Below, piece by piece: positions 12,335 to 22,680 of a DNA stretch of 34,635 bases (positions within the stretch are counted from its first letter, which is position 1; each line of letters begins with the position of its first letter). The translations under genes and the position numbers were made by a program. The notes beneath the pieces were generated by a model, which did no database searches, was not told where the DNA came from, and worked only from the letters and a program-made list of their open reading frames with translations. The stretch comes from Toensbergia leucococca (Eukaryota): NCBI GenBank assembly GCA_022813965.1, contig JALDZS010000228.1, positions 1 to 34,635 on the forward strand, written 5' to 3'.

Positions 12335-14728
12335 TGCAATGACGTTATTGGGGTGAAGCAGTTATATGCGACAGAACATTAAGCAATTGAAGAATGAAGA
12401 ATTTTGAAAACAAGAATATAGAAGTGATTAGTCGGCGGTCCCAAGACGAGGGAAGTAGTTAGCACGCCGTAAAGAAGAAACGGGGGGTTGTCGGAGGGAA
12501 GAGATGGTGATGTACCGAAAAAGGTAAGTTACTCAGGGCGGGGGGGTGAGGAATCTCTTATACCACGCATGATTATTTAGCAGATTTGGCAGTAGTACAT
12601 TTATGGCGCAGGCAAAAATGACTTTTTGCTGGGGTGTTATGCACGATGCATTGCTGCAGTTAGAACAATGGAAGATGCGCGCTGAGTCTCGGTAAAAGGG
12701 CGAGGGCGCGACCGCAGCCAGCAGGCCAGACTGCAGTCGTAGCCTCCGTGCATGCAGCTAGAAGTACCATCGCCTCTAGCCGTCCAGCATTGCCCTCGAT
12801 GTGGTTCGTGAGCCTGGAAATTGAGTATGACGTCTTGTTGACTAAGATGCTGTCTACCTACTGCCAGTGGGCAGTCGAGTGGCCATTTGGATGATTAGTC
12901 CTCTTACTATCAATCACGAGTATTAGAATAGGAACATAGGATTAATTAGCCATCTCAATCGGGAAGGGTTAATCAGATATCTACGCTGCTTCCCGCACTG
13001 CGGCGGTGCACATGCTCGCACTCAGTAGGAGTGGTCATGGTGACCCGTATCTGTACTCAAGAGTACCATAATCCATCGACGCTATTAGGAGCAAATCTGC
13101 GTCAGTGCTTCTATACGAAACAGAATCTCCAATGTCGCAGATATTGACATGTCAATATCGAGTAACGCAGCCCAGTGATTCGTGACGATGAGGCCAAATC
13201 GAGACCCTATCAGGGATAAGTAGCAGGCAGGAGATCTCCTGGATCGAAAACAAGTGGAGGACTGACGGCGTCACTGCTCCATTTAGAAAAGTCTTCGGGT
13301 GCTCCCCCATATTTTCTCTTCGTCGGGCCATGTGCTTTGTGGAACGTGATGTTAACATGGACTCATGACCAGTCGATGAGATCCGTGAGGAAAGCCATCC
13401 TGGTCAGCTGAAGAGGTTGTATTGAGCTTGGATGACTTCTGGAAGAGGATTCGCTGACTATGTTGCGGCTACCAAAGACGCTTGAGGTAAAATCCCTGCT
13501 GTGGCCACTGATTGGGTCCCATGTCACAACAGACTTCGGAAAGTGTCCCACTGTCATGTGATACCCTGACCTCACAAAACGAAGTTGTACGCGCTGGTTG
13601 TACCTACAGTGTTTACGAGTCCTCTGCATGGAACCAACGCTGGGTCTGATCAGTGATCGAAGGCAACAGGTAGATCGTATGATGTGTCGTTGTGGCTGTG
13701 CGAAGAGAGAGGAAGAGCCTAAGGTAAATATTTCTGGCTTCGGCCTTCTCCGGTGACTCGATGGCCACCGTAGAAGTAACTCGACGAATCGAGCACTGTC
13801 ACGTACGAATAGTGATGCTGCCATTTATTGATTGAGGTGCATGATATCTTCCATCGCATATGAGACCCCCACGTTGTCGAACCTAAAGGGGGGAGAGGCC
13901 GAAGATCGAGATGCTTGCTCGAGTCTCCCCGCCAGTCTTGCTTTCATACTGGCCATTCGCCCTCTGAGGCTAAGGCTGAGGCGACACCCACAAAGATAGC
14001 GGATCGTATCGATAACTCAGATAGTTAAGTACCCTCTCGGTGGACCCGAATCCATGGGCATGGGTATGTTCTCCTGGCGATACTGATAACATGAACGACG
14101 TTTCATGTCAAGCCAAGGAGATCAACATCCATGTCAATCGGCTGGTTGCCATAAGGTAAGCCCAGTGGCCCACAACATGCCTACCCTCCTACCCTAGCGC
14201 ATGAATACCTCATGTAACCTAGAAACCTAGAATAGCCTGCTGCAAGCGCCACACAGTGCTCGACACTACTAGGTAGGTATCTATTACGCAAGCCTTTGAG
14301 TTTTGACACTTTGTTGGCGGCCACCCCGAAGGATAATGGCAATGCGCCACAAGCATGTGGCGAAGCTCCTACTCTAATTCAGCTGGCATTGATTGATCGG
14401 CTGTCTCGGTTCGGCGCGGCAAAACTCCAAGTATAGAATTCATTTCTGTACTTCGTATCGATTCTTGTGCTTCGTCACCTGGTGAAACGCAGATGCATAT
14501 CTCGCACAGTAAGGCAGGTTGGAGTCATCTCATGCATAGTTGTGGATCAAAAGTATTCTGTGGAGGATGAGTCATAAATCTTGCAGCCAGCAGACAAGTA
14601 CGGGTTTCACTACGCGACATGCAGAGACGTTCCGTTTTAGAATTTCGTGCTACTAGATACCTCGAACGCTGAGACAGGATTACTACTAGATGGACGGCTT
14701 GTTAAACAACTTTTTATCCCAACACTTT

Positions 14729-16322
14729 TCAGTACACTCCTGGTAATATCCTCCATGGGACCTTCTTCCTGTACTCGTCCCAGTCCTTCCCATACTTCCT
14801 CATGCACTTTTCTTCATCTCTCATTTCTCTATGGATGAGCAAAATGGCAAAGTACAGTACGTAGAAGTAGGTAATTAGCATTCCCCATCCCTTCGCCTCA
14901 CTCTGGACAACATCAGTCTTAGTCGGAGCCCCCCCAATAAAACTGCCATCTGTAGGTGACTCTCCACCACCCAAAGGCGCCATAGAGCTATGCTGAATCA
15001 CATATCCAGCAAGACCGGTGGGCAAACAGTATGACCATGCCATAATCCAATCACCCAGGTAGTTGATATGTCTAGCAGTTCCCCACCAGCCCGAAATCAA
15101 TAGTTTGCTTCCTGACGCCGTCTCCATGTATCTCAAATGCGCGACCTTAGGGTCTTTTGGATTTGTCCGGAAGCGATTTTTCTCGTTGTTTGACGAACGA
15201 AACACGGAGTACCCCAAGCCTTGTATGGCAAGTATACCAGAAATACCCCAGATGCCAAGATGAACCGGATAAACTGCGAGGTACCGCGCTTGCATTGAGT
15301 AAATGAAGGGAAGCCATGCAAGATCACCAAAGGCAAGCATGAACCCAAATCCATCGGCGGTAATGTCTATGGTTGTAAGGATTGCTGGCTCCATCCACAA
15401 TGCGTCAAGTACATACAACGACTGAAAGGTGATGATTAGAACCATGCTGTCACTGATGTAGCCGTGAAGCTTGTATTGGTGCACCATGAATGCTAAATTT
15501 AGAAGCATCCAGCCAAGCATTCCTGGTCGAAGTTCACAGAAGCACTTGATATCAACGGTACCAAACACAGGCAAAGTGAGTCGAGGATTAAGTTCTCGGC
15601 CGATGAACCAGTCGTAGACAAGATTGCCAGAATGTCCACCAGCGGCTAGTTCTCGCTTTTCAGAATTACCTGCATGCACAGAGAAGCTTCGGACGTAAAC
15701 AAAGCATGCCAGGAAGAAGGCGATACCGAGGTTTGCTGTAAGAAGCTGAACATAGTTTTTCCAAATAAACGTCCAGAGGGTAAATTTATGTCCTTGAACA
15801 AGAGTACCAGCCAACGCGGCCACCAGGACAACCACTGCTGAATTGAAGGCTAGCAAAGATTAGCAATGCTTCTCGTTTGGCAAATGTCTTTCCCTACCAT
15901 TGAATTTATATTGCAGTCTTCCACCAGACCTGAGTTCTACGCCCTGACTCTCTTCGCCCGGAAGAACGGCGTAAAGTACCAAACTCAAAAAGTAGTAGGC
16001 GAGTACCCATACAGTAACCTCGACACTACCCAGGCCCAGTATTCCATTCTCTGGCCATCCAGTCTCTACCTTCAGCTTCGCGAGACTGAGGCTCGAAGGA
16101 TGAAGGGTTGCCGGCACTGGGCATCCAGAGATGTCATTGCAGATGAAAGTGGCAAGATAGCAGACCAATGGAAGACCAAGCGAAGTGGCAAAGGCTCCGA
16201 TGCTGTAGCAGGTCAATTGGGTGATATGCAAGGAGATAGAAACGAATGACATACGGGCCGCCAAACTCGTAACCATGCGAGGGTTCTGCAGGAAGTACTG
16301 ATTTACGTTCACTTTTCGACAT
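14729..16322 (-). CDS. ERG24: Delta(14)-sterol reductase (ERG4/ERG24 family), 3 exons, ~497 aa
   Basis: Exons 16322-16255, 16202-15898, 15849-14729 (1494 nt). Motifs GYEFGGP, YDWFIGRELNPR, ELRPGMLGW, DGFGFMLAFGDL, LLISGWWGTARHINYLGDW, HREMRDEEKCMRKYG; multiple transmembrane segments. Confidence 0.93.
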
Positions 16323-16651
16323 ATCGCCCAAGAATAGTATTTTGTTGACGGGCGGAGCTCAGGGGTTTCCAACAATGACAGTCCAGATCGATCACCATAT
16401 GGTGGTGCAGAAAGTTGATAGTTGATGACTTCACCAAGTCGGAAGATTGATTTCTTGGTCCAGCCCTCAGCCCTAGCTTATGCACGGTCCGTACCTTAAA
16501 ACGTCGATCATTACGGAGTATTAGGTAGGCTTCCGTCGAACTTCCTTCTTCTAAATTCATCAAATTTTCTGAGCGACAATTCTGATGCTTCTGAGGATAC
16601 ATATCCTCGACTTTTTCATATGACTACCATTTGATCATTTCATCGACGGCC
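16323..16651. promoter_or_regulatory. Short divergent (probably bidirectional) promoter between ERG24 and the MRL1-like gene
   Basis: The two start codons face away from each other with 329 bp between them. Contains the 12-bp palindrome CACCATATGGTG (16393-16404). Confidence 0.6.
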
Positions 16652-17833
16652 ATGCGCATCGTCTTCTTTTCCACTTCCATTTCCCTCTTCCTCTCAACCA
16701 CTACTTTTGCCGCCCACTCCAAAACCCTCCAACCTACCGCACCCTGTACTATATTCTCACCAAGCAGTGGCTCATTCTACGACCTGAACACCATCGCTAT
16801 CCAGCCAATAAAGGATGGTAAAAAGGCACATAAAGACGACCGAACAGAAAGCTGGCACGCAAAGGGCTATGACTACGGGGCCAACTTCACCCTCAATTTC
16901 TGCGCCCCAGTAATTGAGGACTTGGAGGACGTTGTGGGGGTAGAAAGGGCACTGTGGCAGAATGTCAGTGCATATTACAAATTGGAAGGGAAGACATATT
17001 CGATAGGGTGAGAGCGTTTGAGACCTTCTCCGACACTAGTCCCAAACCGTACGAAAAGTCAGAGGGTTAATCGCGTCGCAGACAACAATCCTCAGAACCC
17101 ATCTTTCGAGGCCCGAAGCTAGTCTTGAATTACACCTCGGGTTCGCCCTGCACTCAACAATTCGAGAAAGCGCAGAAACTCACTGGTCACAACGATAATG
17201 ATGACGATGATGATAGCGGGAGTCTGGAAGAAGTCCAGCGCAAAACAACGATTATCTCTCTCCTCTGCGAACGAGATTCGCTGGCTGCGAAAGCGTCCGT
17301 CTCGTTTGTAGGTGCCAGCCTGGATGAATGTACCTACTTCTTTGAGGCTAGATCAGTAGCTGCCTGCGGCGGGGTCAGCCAATCTCAGCAGACGCTGGGA
17401 CCGGCTGGGGTATTTGGTGTCATGTGAGTGGCTGAAAGAGTATCAAAGACTTCCATGGTGCTAATGACATGCGTAGACTATTAATCACAGCGGCCGTATA
17501 TCTATTTGGTGGTATCGCCTACCAAAGAACAGTGATGCATCAACGAGGATGGAGGCAATTACCAAATTACAGTGCGTGGGCTGGAATAGGAAGCTTCATC
17601 AAAGTAAGTGTCCTAAGAATGTTGCGAAAGCGGAACTCTTTCCCCCTTGGTCCCGCCAGCTAATCCTCTCCCCGCACCAGGACATCTTTATCATCACCTT
17701 TTCCTCTTGCGTACGCCTCCTTCCCCGCCGAAAAGGCTACAACCAACTCGCGCCCCACAATACTAACCACCGTGGCCACGCCGACGACGAGAATAGGCTC
17801 ATAGATCAATTAGACGAGGAATGGGACGACTGA
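16652..17833 (+). CDS. MRL1: Mannose-6-phosphate receptor homology (MRH) type I membrane protein, Mrl1-like vacuolar sorting receptor, 4 exons, ~325 aa
   Basis: Exons 16652-17007, 17082-17423, 17477-17603, 17681-17833 (978 nt). Signal peptide; MRH cysteine pattern (PCT...FYDL...NFC...YSIG...LNYTSGSPC...LLCERD...CTYFFEARSVAAC); TM helix; cytosolic RGWRQLPNYSAW and acidic end DENRLIDQLDEEWDD. Confidence 0.85.
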
Positions 17834-19477
17834 TTTCTATTCTCGCTCTACGAAACCTCTCCTCGACCAAAATATCCATTTTGAAACAAAGGTCAGATTC
17901 GATTATTTGCATACTTCTTGACTCGACATACATGACTGGGATCTGATTTTGAGGATTTGGGGGTTGCATCTGCGAGAGGCGTTTTTATCTGCTCAGGGAG
18001 TGGGGGGGCGGTTTGGATGTATGGCTATTGGGCCGGTAGGTGGGAGTGGGGAAAGAAGTAGCTAGGTAGGTAGCTATACCTTCAAATGGAGATTCTGCTA
18101 TACGATCTCTTCGCGAGATCCTCTCAGGCGGGTCAGGATGGATATGGAGGCGAACAAATAGCTAAGAAGGCTGGAACTATACCTTCTCAACCCCAACCAC
18201 CCCCCACCCCCTCCCTCCAATAGACCAAATCCCCAGAATAGCGAATTCTCATCTCACATCTTACATCCCCAACCACAACCCCCCAATCTCCTCATATAAA
18301 CACAAACAACCCACACTGTGCCTGAACCCCAGTACCATTCTCAAACCACACTGCAACTCCATGGCCAAAAACCCGGAGAGAATTTTTACGGATAAAAGCT
18401 TAAGTAGGTTTACTTTATTAGTTCCTTGGTGGGTTAGTTCGTTTGACGGGGGTTTTGGGGGATTATGGGGATTGGGTAGCTGCAGGCTGTAGGTAGTGGG
18501 GGAAGGGGGCTCTGGTGTAGGTAGTGATGTGAGTGGTGCAGAAGTGAAGAAGTTTTGAGACCTGGAATTTTGTAAATTCATTTATGAATCTTGATGGACT
18601 TTGTCTGTGCCTCTTGGGGGGGGGGCGCTGAGAAGTTCTGGGTGAGTATTTTTGGCGATAGCTTGAGGGCCTCTCTGGTTTGAATGAGAGATGAGTTTTG
18701 TGGGATAGGGAGTTTTTGTGTTTGCTCTTCTTTTGTCCCGCTTTGGTGCTTGGGAAGGATTTTTCATTTTGGGGGGTCTTTTGTATGGTGGGATTTGGAG
18801 TGGGAGAGGGAGGTGGGGTTGGGGGATGTGTGGGCTTTGAGGGAGAGGTGGATATGGGGGAGGGATGAGGATGAGGGAGGGGAATGGGGATAGAGACGAG
18901 GTGGAGAGCGGAAAGGGGAATACCACTCGTGTCATCGATCTTTGAGAGTTTTACCGTGGGAGCTTGTCATTCATTTTCTGGCTTCAGCTGATATGACTGT
19001 TTATTTTTTTTCCGGTGCCGTCACCACGTCACCTGTGTGACCTAGTCCGCTGAAAAATCACAGACTGAACATCATGTAAATAACTTGATTAAAACCCCTT
19101 CCTATCGTAGAATCATCCACCCGTGCTAGCTAGAATTGAAGATGGAAACTTGGATGATTGACCGAAGAAGGGGAATTGAAAGGGGGAACTGTAAAAGGGG
19201 AGGGATAGACCTCCCTAGGCCATCTGCGTGCGGCTACCGTCCGTGCGGGAATAGATGGAAGACTCCGCTGCGTATGCTTGTCGTATTGCGGACTGAACGC
19301 CACGCTGTCGTCCTTGCTTGCGTAAGAAAATAATTATCGGGAAGTATGCGTGTGTTGCCGCATAATGCTTTCAATGAATGCAATATGATGGCGTTAGGAA
19401 TAGTCGGTCTGTAATTTCTTCGCTCGTAATCTCGTATCCAATCTCAACACCAATATCGACTCCCCGATCCCATCATA

Positions 19478-21520
19478 TCACATCCCATCATACGTTGAAG
19501 ACCCCCCTTGGCCGGTCCCACGTACACGTCTTGAACGGATTCTCATTCGCCGTCTTGACATCGAATCGACGCCATCCTCATTCGCTTCTCGCTCCGAGGT
19601 CCTTGAAACCTCACCTATCACAGCATCCTCACGCATCAAACGGCGGCGCCTCATCTGTCTCATATCCTCGTCACTGTCATCGTCGAGTGCAGTATGCTGC
19701 TGACTTGTCTCGTCAAATGGCGGCTGACGTCGTGTATACATCTGCGCCAGAGGACGTGATTCAAATGTTCGCTGGGAACGTCTCTCGACAGCTCGCTCTT
19801 CTGGTGACATCTCCCGTCGCGAGGTCCGGCGAGTGATTATCCCTGAGGCACCGCCACCGAATTCTCTTTCTTCCGCACTAAAGTTTTCTCTTGTCCTTCT
19901 AATCTCCGTCCTGATTCTTGGCGTTTCGTTAAATGTGGCATCCTGCTCATTCTCACGGATGCCTTCTCTAGCCCCATCAAGGTTGCTACTGCCTCTCAAG
20001 CGGTTCCGTATCATATTTCGGCTTCTTCGCCGATGAGGTATCTCCTCAAGAGGGGGTGGAGGTGGTGCTTGGCGTAATTCCTCCCCGTTGTGCTCTTTTT
20101 TCAAGGCACACTGCAGACAGACCACCGTCTCACACTTGGTACATCTACCCGCCGTTGGCACATAGAAAGACATCCTCAGCCCCCCCGGACGTTCATTCAC
20201 AACAGGTTCGGCGAGGACTTTAATATCCTCCCAACACAAGTGACATATTTCGCCTCTCACTGCGTCCTGTTCGATTGGATACCAGTCATGCTCACATGCC
20301 CACGTATCATGCCGAACGTCATCTGCATTGGGCTCCCTCCCAAATTCCAACTCCGGCACTCCGTGCCTGACTCGAGCCCCATTTACCGCCATGACCTCGT
20401 CACTGTCGTCGAGATCTTCGCGGACTTCATTCTCATCACCATGCTCGGCATTCATCTCATTGGTATTGCCGGTGCAGCCTAGCCTGCAGCAAACCTTCCA
20501 AGCTCTAGAGCAGTTCCAGCACCAGTTTGCCCCGCAAGTGCACATCATCTGCGGGCATCCAAGCATGCGTCTCACTCCTTGCCCACATTTAGGGCATCGT
20601 TTGATGTTCCATTTGAGTAAGAGTTCGGCTCCAATCTCGTCATGTGGTGCCGAGACGCAGGGAGCACCCGGGTGAGAAATCTGGCGGCATCGGTAACAAA
20701 TAGCACTAGTACAGCGAGGACACGGAAAGTCCGACAGAAAGCCATTTTCCGGGGTTTTAGCCGCGGAAATGTCGAATCTAGGTATCAGACTCTCTGGGAT
20801 GAATATCGAACATGTTGGTATAGGGCAATAAAACCTATCGGCTGACATTTTTTCCTCGAACTTCGATTGGAAAAGTTTGGTGTCTGCTGCCGATAGGAGA
20901 TCCAGACCTATTTTGAGAGGAATTATACCACAGCATTTAGGAGGCATCCGGCTCTCGTCTTTACAGGCTGCAAGAAACATTGTTCTCATACATTCGATGC
21001 AATATGCATGCTCCTTGTTCCTCTTACACGGGTGAATAAACTTATAACCGTCACGAGACGAGCAAACACACACTAAACACTCTTCCTCACCAGGAGGTAA
21101 TGATGAATGCTGCAGCGCGCTTTGTCCTGTTGCAAAATTAAACCCGTGCCCTGGGGGCTCCATATTGTCAAGATCTGAATCCGTCTCGTCTGGAGAGCTA
21201 GACGTCTGACGTTGAAAAGGAGAACGGAACGGATACATATCCAGGAGACGTTGCTGAGATGACCTTCTGGTGCTTCCGATAAGGTTATCTGAAGAATCAG
21301 GGTCACCAACAAAAATGGTAGGCTCAACCATCATGGACTCGGTGGTATCGTCTGGAGCCTGCCAAATAGTGTCAGGATGCTCAATATCACTCCGCATGAT
21401 CCGAGTACAAACTATGATATCTCCCCGAGTATCCGGCTCCATCAGTGTACTACCCCCAGTTGCCCCAATGGCCGAAATAGAGGTGTCTGGTGTCCCGAAA
21501 ATGGGAGGTTGATCTGTCAT
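19478..21520 (-). CDS. RBR (RING1-IBR-RING2) E3 ubiquitin ligase-like protein, 680 aa, apparently intronless
   Basis: RING1-like CLVC...HAYCIEC...PPKCC; IBR FYCPIPTC...CPRC...CYRC...HPGAPC; RING2 KRCPKC...GCPQMMCTCGANWCWNC; extra Cys/His cluster CEHDW...CHLC...CTKC...CLQC; Arg-rich tail. Confidence 0.88.
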   Translation of the reverse strand: MTDQPPIFGTPDTSISAIGATGGSTLMEPDTRGDIIVCTRIMRSDIEHPDTIWQAPDDTTESMMVEPTIFVGDPDSSDNLIGSTRRSSQQRLLDMYPFRSPFQRQTSSSPDETDSDLDNMEPPGHGFNFATGQSALQHSSLPPGEEECLVCVCSSRDGYKFIHPCKRNKEHAYCIECMRTMFLAACKDESRMPPKCCGIIPLKIGLDLLSAADTKLFQSKFEEKMSADRFYCPIPTCSIFIPESLIPRFDISAAKTPENGFLSDFPCPRCTSAICYRCRQISHPGAPCVSAPHDEIGAELLLKWNIKRCPKCGQGVRRMLGCPQMMCTCGANWCWNCSRAWKVCCRLGCTGNTNEMNAEHGDENEVREDLDDSDEVMAVNGARVRHGVPELEFGREPNADDVRHDTWACEHDWYPIEQDAVRGEICHLCWEDIKVLAEPVVNERPGGLRMSFYVPTAGRCTKCETVVCLQCALKKEHNGEELRQAPPPPPLEEIPHRRRSRNMIRNRLRGSSNLDGAREGIRENEQDATFNETPRIRTEIRRTRENFSAEEREFGGGASGIITRRTSRREMSPEERAVERRSQRTFESRPLAQMYTRRQPPFDETSQQHTALDDDSDEDMRQMRRRRLMREDAVIGEVSRTSEREANEDGVDSMSRRRMRIRSRRVRGTGQGGSSTYDGM

Positions 21521-22565
21521 GTTGGAGCTGTCTTTATCGGTCGCTGGCTTGTTACGAGGTGACGATGATGCGCAGCCCCTTTCAATAATTCAAAAACAAT
21601 GCTTGGGTGTGGAGAAATGAATGATCTCGATCACTTTTTGAACGAGCAGATTGACACTTTTAACGGAGTGATACTGCTTTGATTGAGTTGTGTCTTCATC
21701 TGTTGATCGACTTTGACGCGAAATTATGGATCGTCACGACCATAAGATGGCGTACTACGATAACACAGAAAGACAACCGAATCCGGTGGCGATAGATAGA
21801 GAGACATGAAATACGCGAGACTCAAACGGCACTATACCTTGGAAGCATTTTGAGAGGTTATTCATCGCATGTCAGGAGATAGGTCTGGAAGTCTAAGAGA
21901 AGCAGTATCTAGTGTTAAAGGAGAAATTCGCCTTTTGGCTTTGCATTCTTAAGTATTGACTTCAAGCTCTAGTACTGGAGGTAAGAGCTCAAGGAGATCT
22001 AATAATGGTGGCAATCTAATTTATAGCCAGCTCTGCAAGGCTCATCTCCCAGATGATGTAGTAGAACGGAGTCGGAGAACTTACGTAGTACCATCCTTGA
22101 TCTGGGAGAAGAGGACCCAGAATATCCTCTTAGGATAGCAAACAAAAGGGAACGAAGTTTCTGATCATGCAGAACATGCTGAGGTGGAGGAGAGGAAACG
22201 ATAGAAAATCTCCAAAAAGGAGCCTCTTGTTCAGCGGTAGAACCCGATTGATGTCGTAACGCAGTAGAAGTGCTAGAGAGTCCGCCTCCAAATGTAGTGC
22301 AAAGCGGTTGCTATTTTATTGTGCAGCGTTACCTTGCTCGTACCTTGGTACTTTATTTGGTAAGTAAGCAGGTAGATGGGTTTCGCTAAGCGAGAGTTCA
22401 AAGAAAGGGGATTGCAGGATTGAAGAATTCCAGCGTCTTCAACATCTGTAACCCCGAAGGAGGAAACTGAGATGATCATAAAACTCCCATAGAAATTGGA
22501 AACTTCGAAAAAGGGTTCTGACATTGATAAGCGGTGGGCGTAAAATTAGACAAAAAAGAATGGTC

Positions 22566-22680
22566 AAAAAACAGATTCAACAAAGACTCGGATTCGAACC
22601 ATGAACCAGCAAAAGAAACGACCCAGCCCGTTGCTGGGTCGGTTCCAACAGGGCTGGTTAACCATTCCGTACGTGCGTAG
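22566..22680 (-). ncRNA. Candidate Pol III-transcribed tRNA-like RNA or degenerate tRNA / isolated B-box site
   Basis: Minus strand reads A-box-like TACGGAATGGT (22671-22661), a stem-loop (22659-22604), exact B box GGTTCGAATCC (22600-22590), then T6 (22571-22566). The acceptor stem does not pair properly, so this is not a canonical tRNA. Confidence 0.4.

Noticed and set aside
12420..12470. Branch-point-like GCTAAC/ACTAAT motifs upstream of the 347-aa gene
   Set aside because: No AG acceptor lies between them and the start codon, so no 5'-UTR intron can be built.
12335..14728. Telomerase RNA as an explanation for the 2.4-kb gap
   Set aside because: I found no TAACCCTAA-type template on either strand.
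18261..18935. Pro-rich ORFs of 117 and 106 aa as real proteins
   Set aside because: The Pro richness follows from C-rich low-complexity DNA and there is no recognisable domain. The region is kept only as a transcript candidate.
21956..22543. Plus-strand frame with many TAG stops, suggesting a RIP-damaged pseudogene or stop-codon reassignment
   Set aside because: About 11 stops in ~195 codons is roughly what non-coding DNA gives, there is no recognisable protein, and TAG is used as a normal stop elsewhere (7147-7149).
22566..22680. Canonical intron-containing tRNA (e.g. Asn-GTT)
   Set aside because: The acceptor stem has several mismatches, the T stem is imperfect and the variable loop would be too short.
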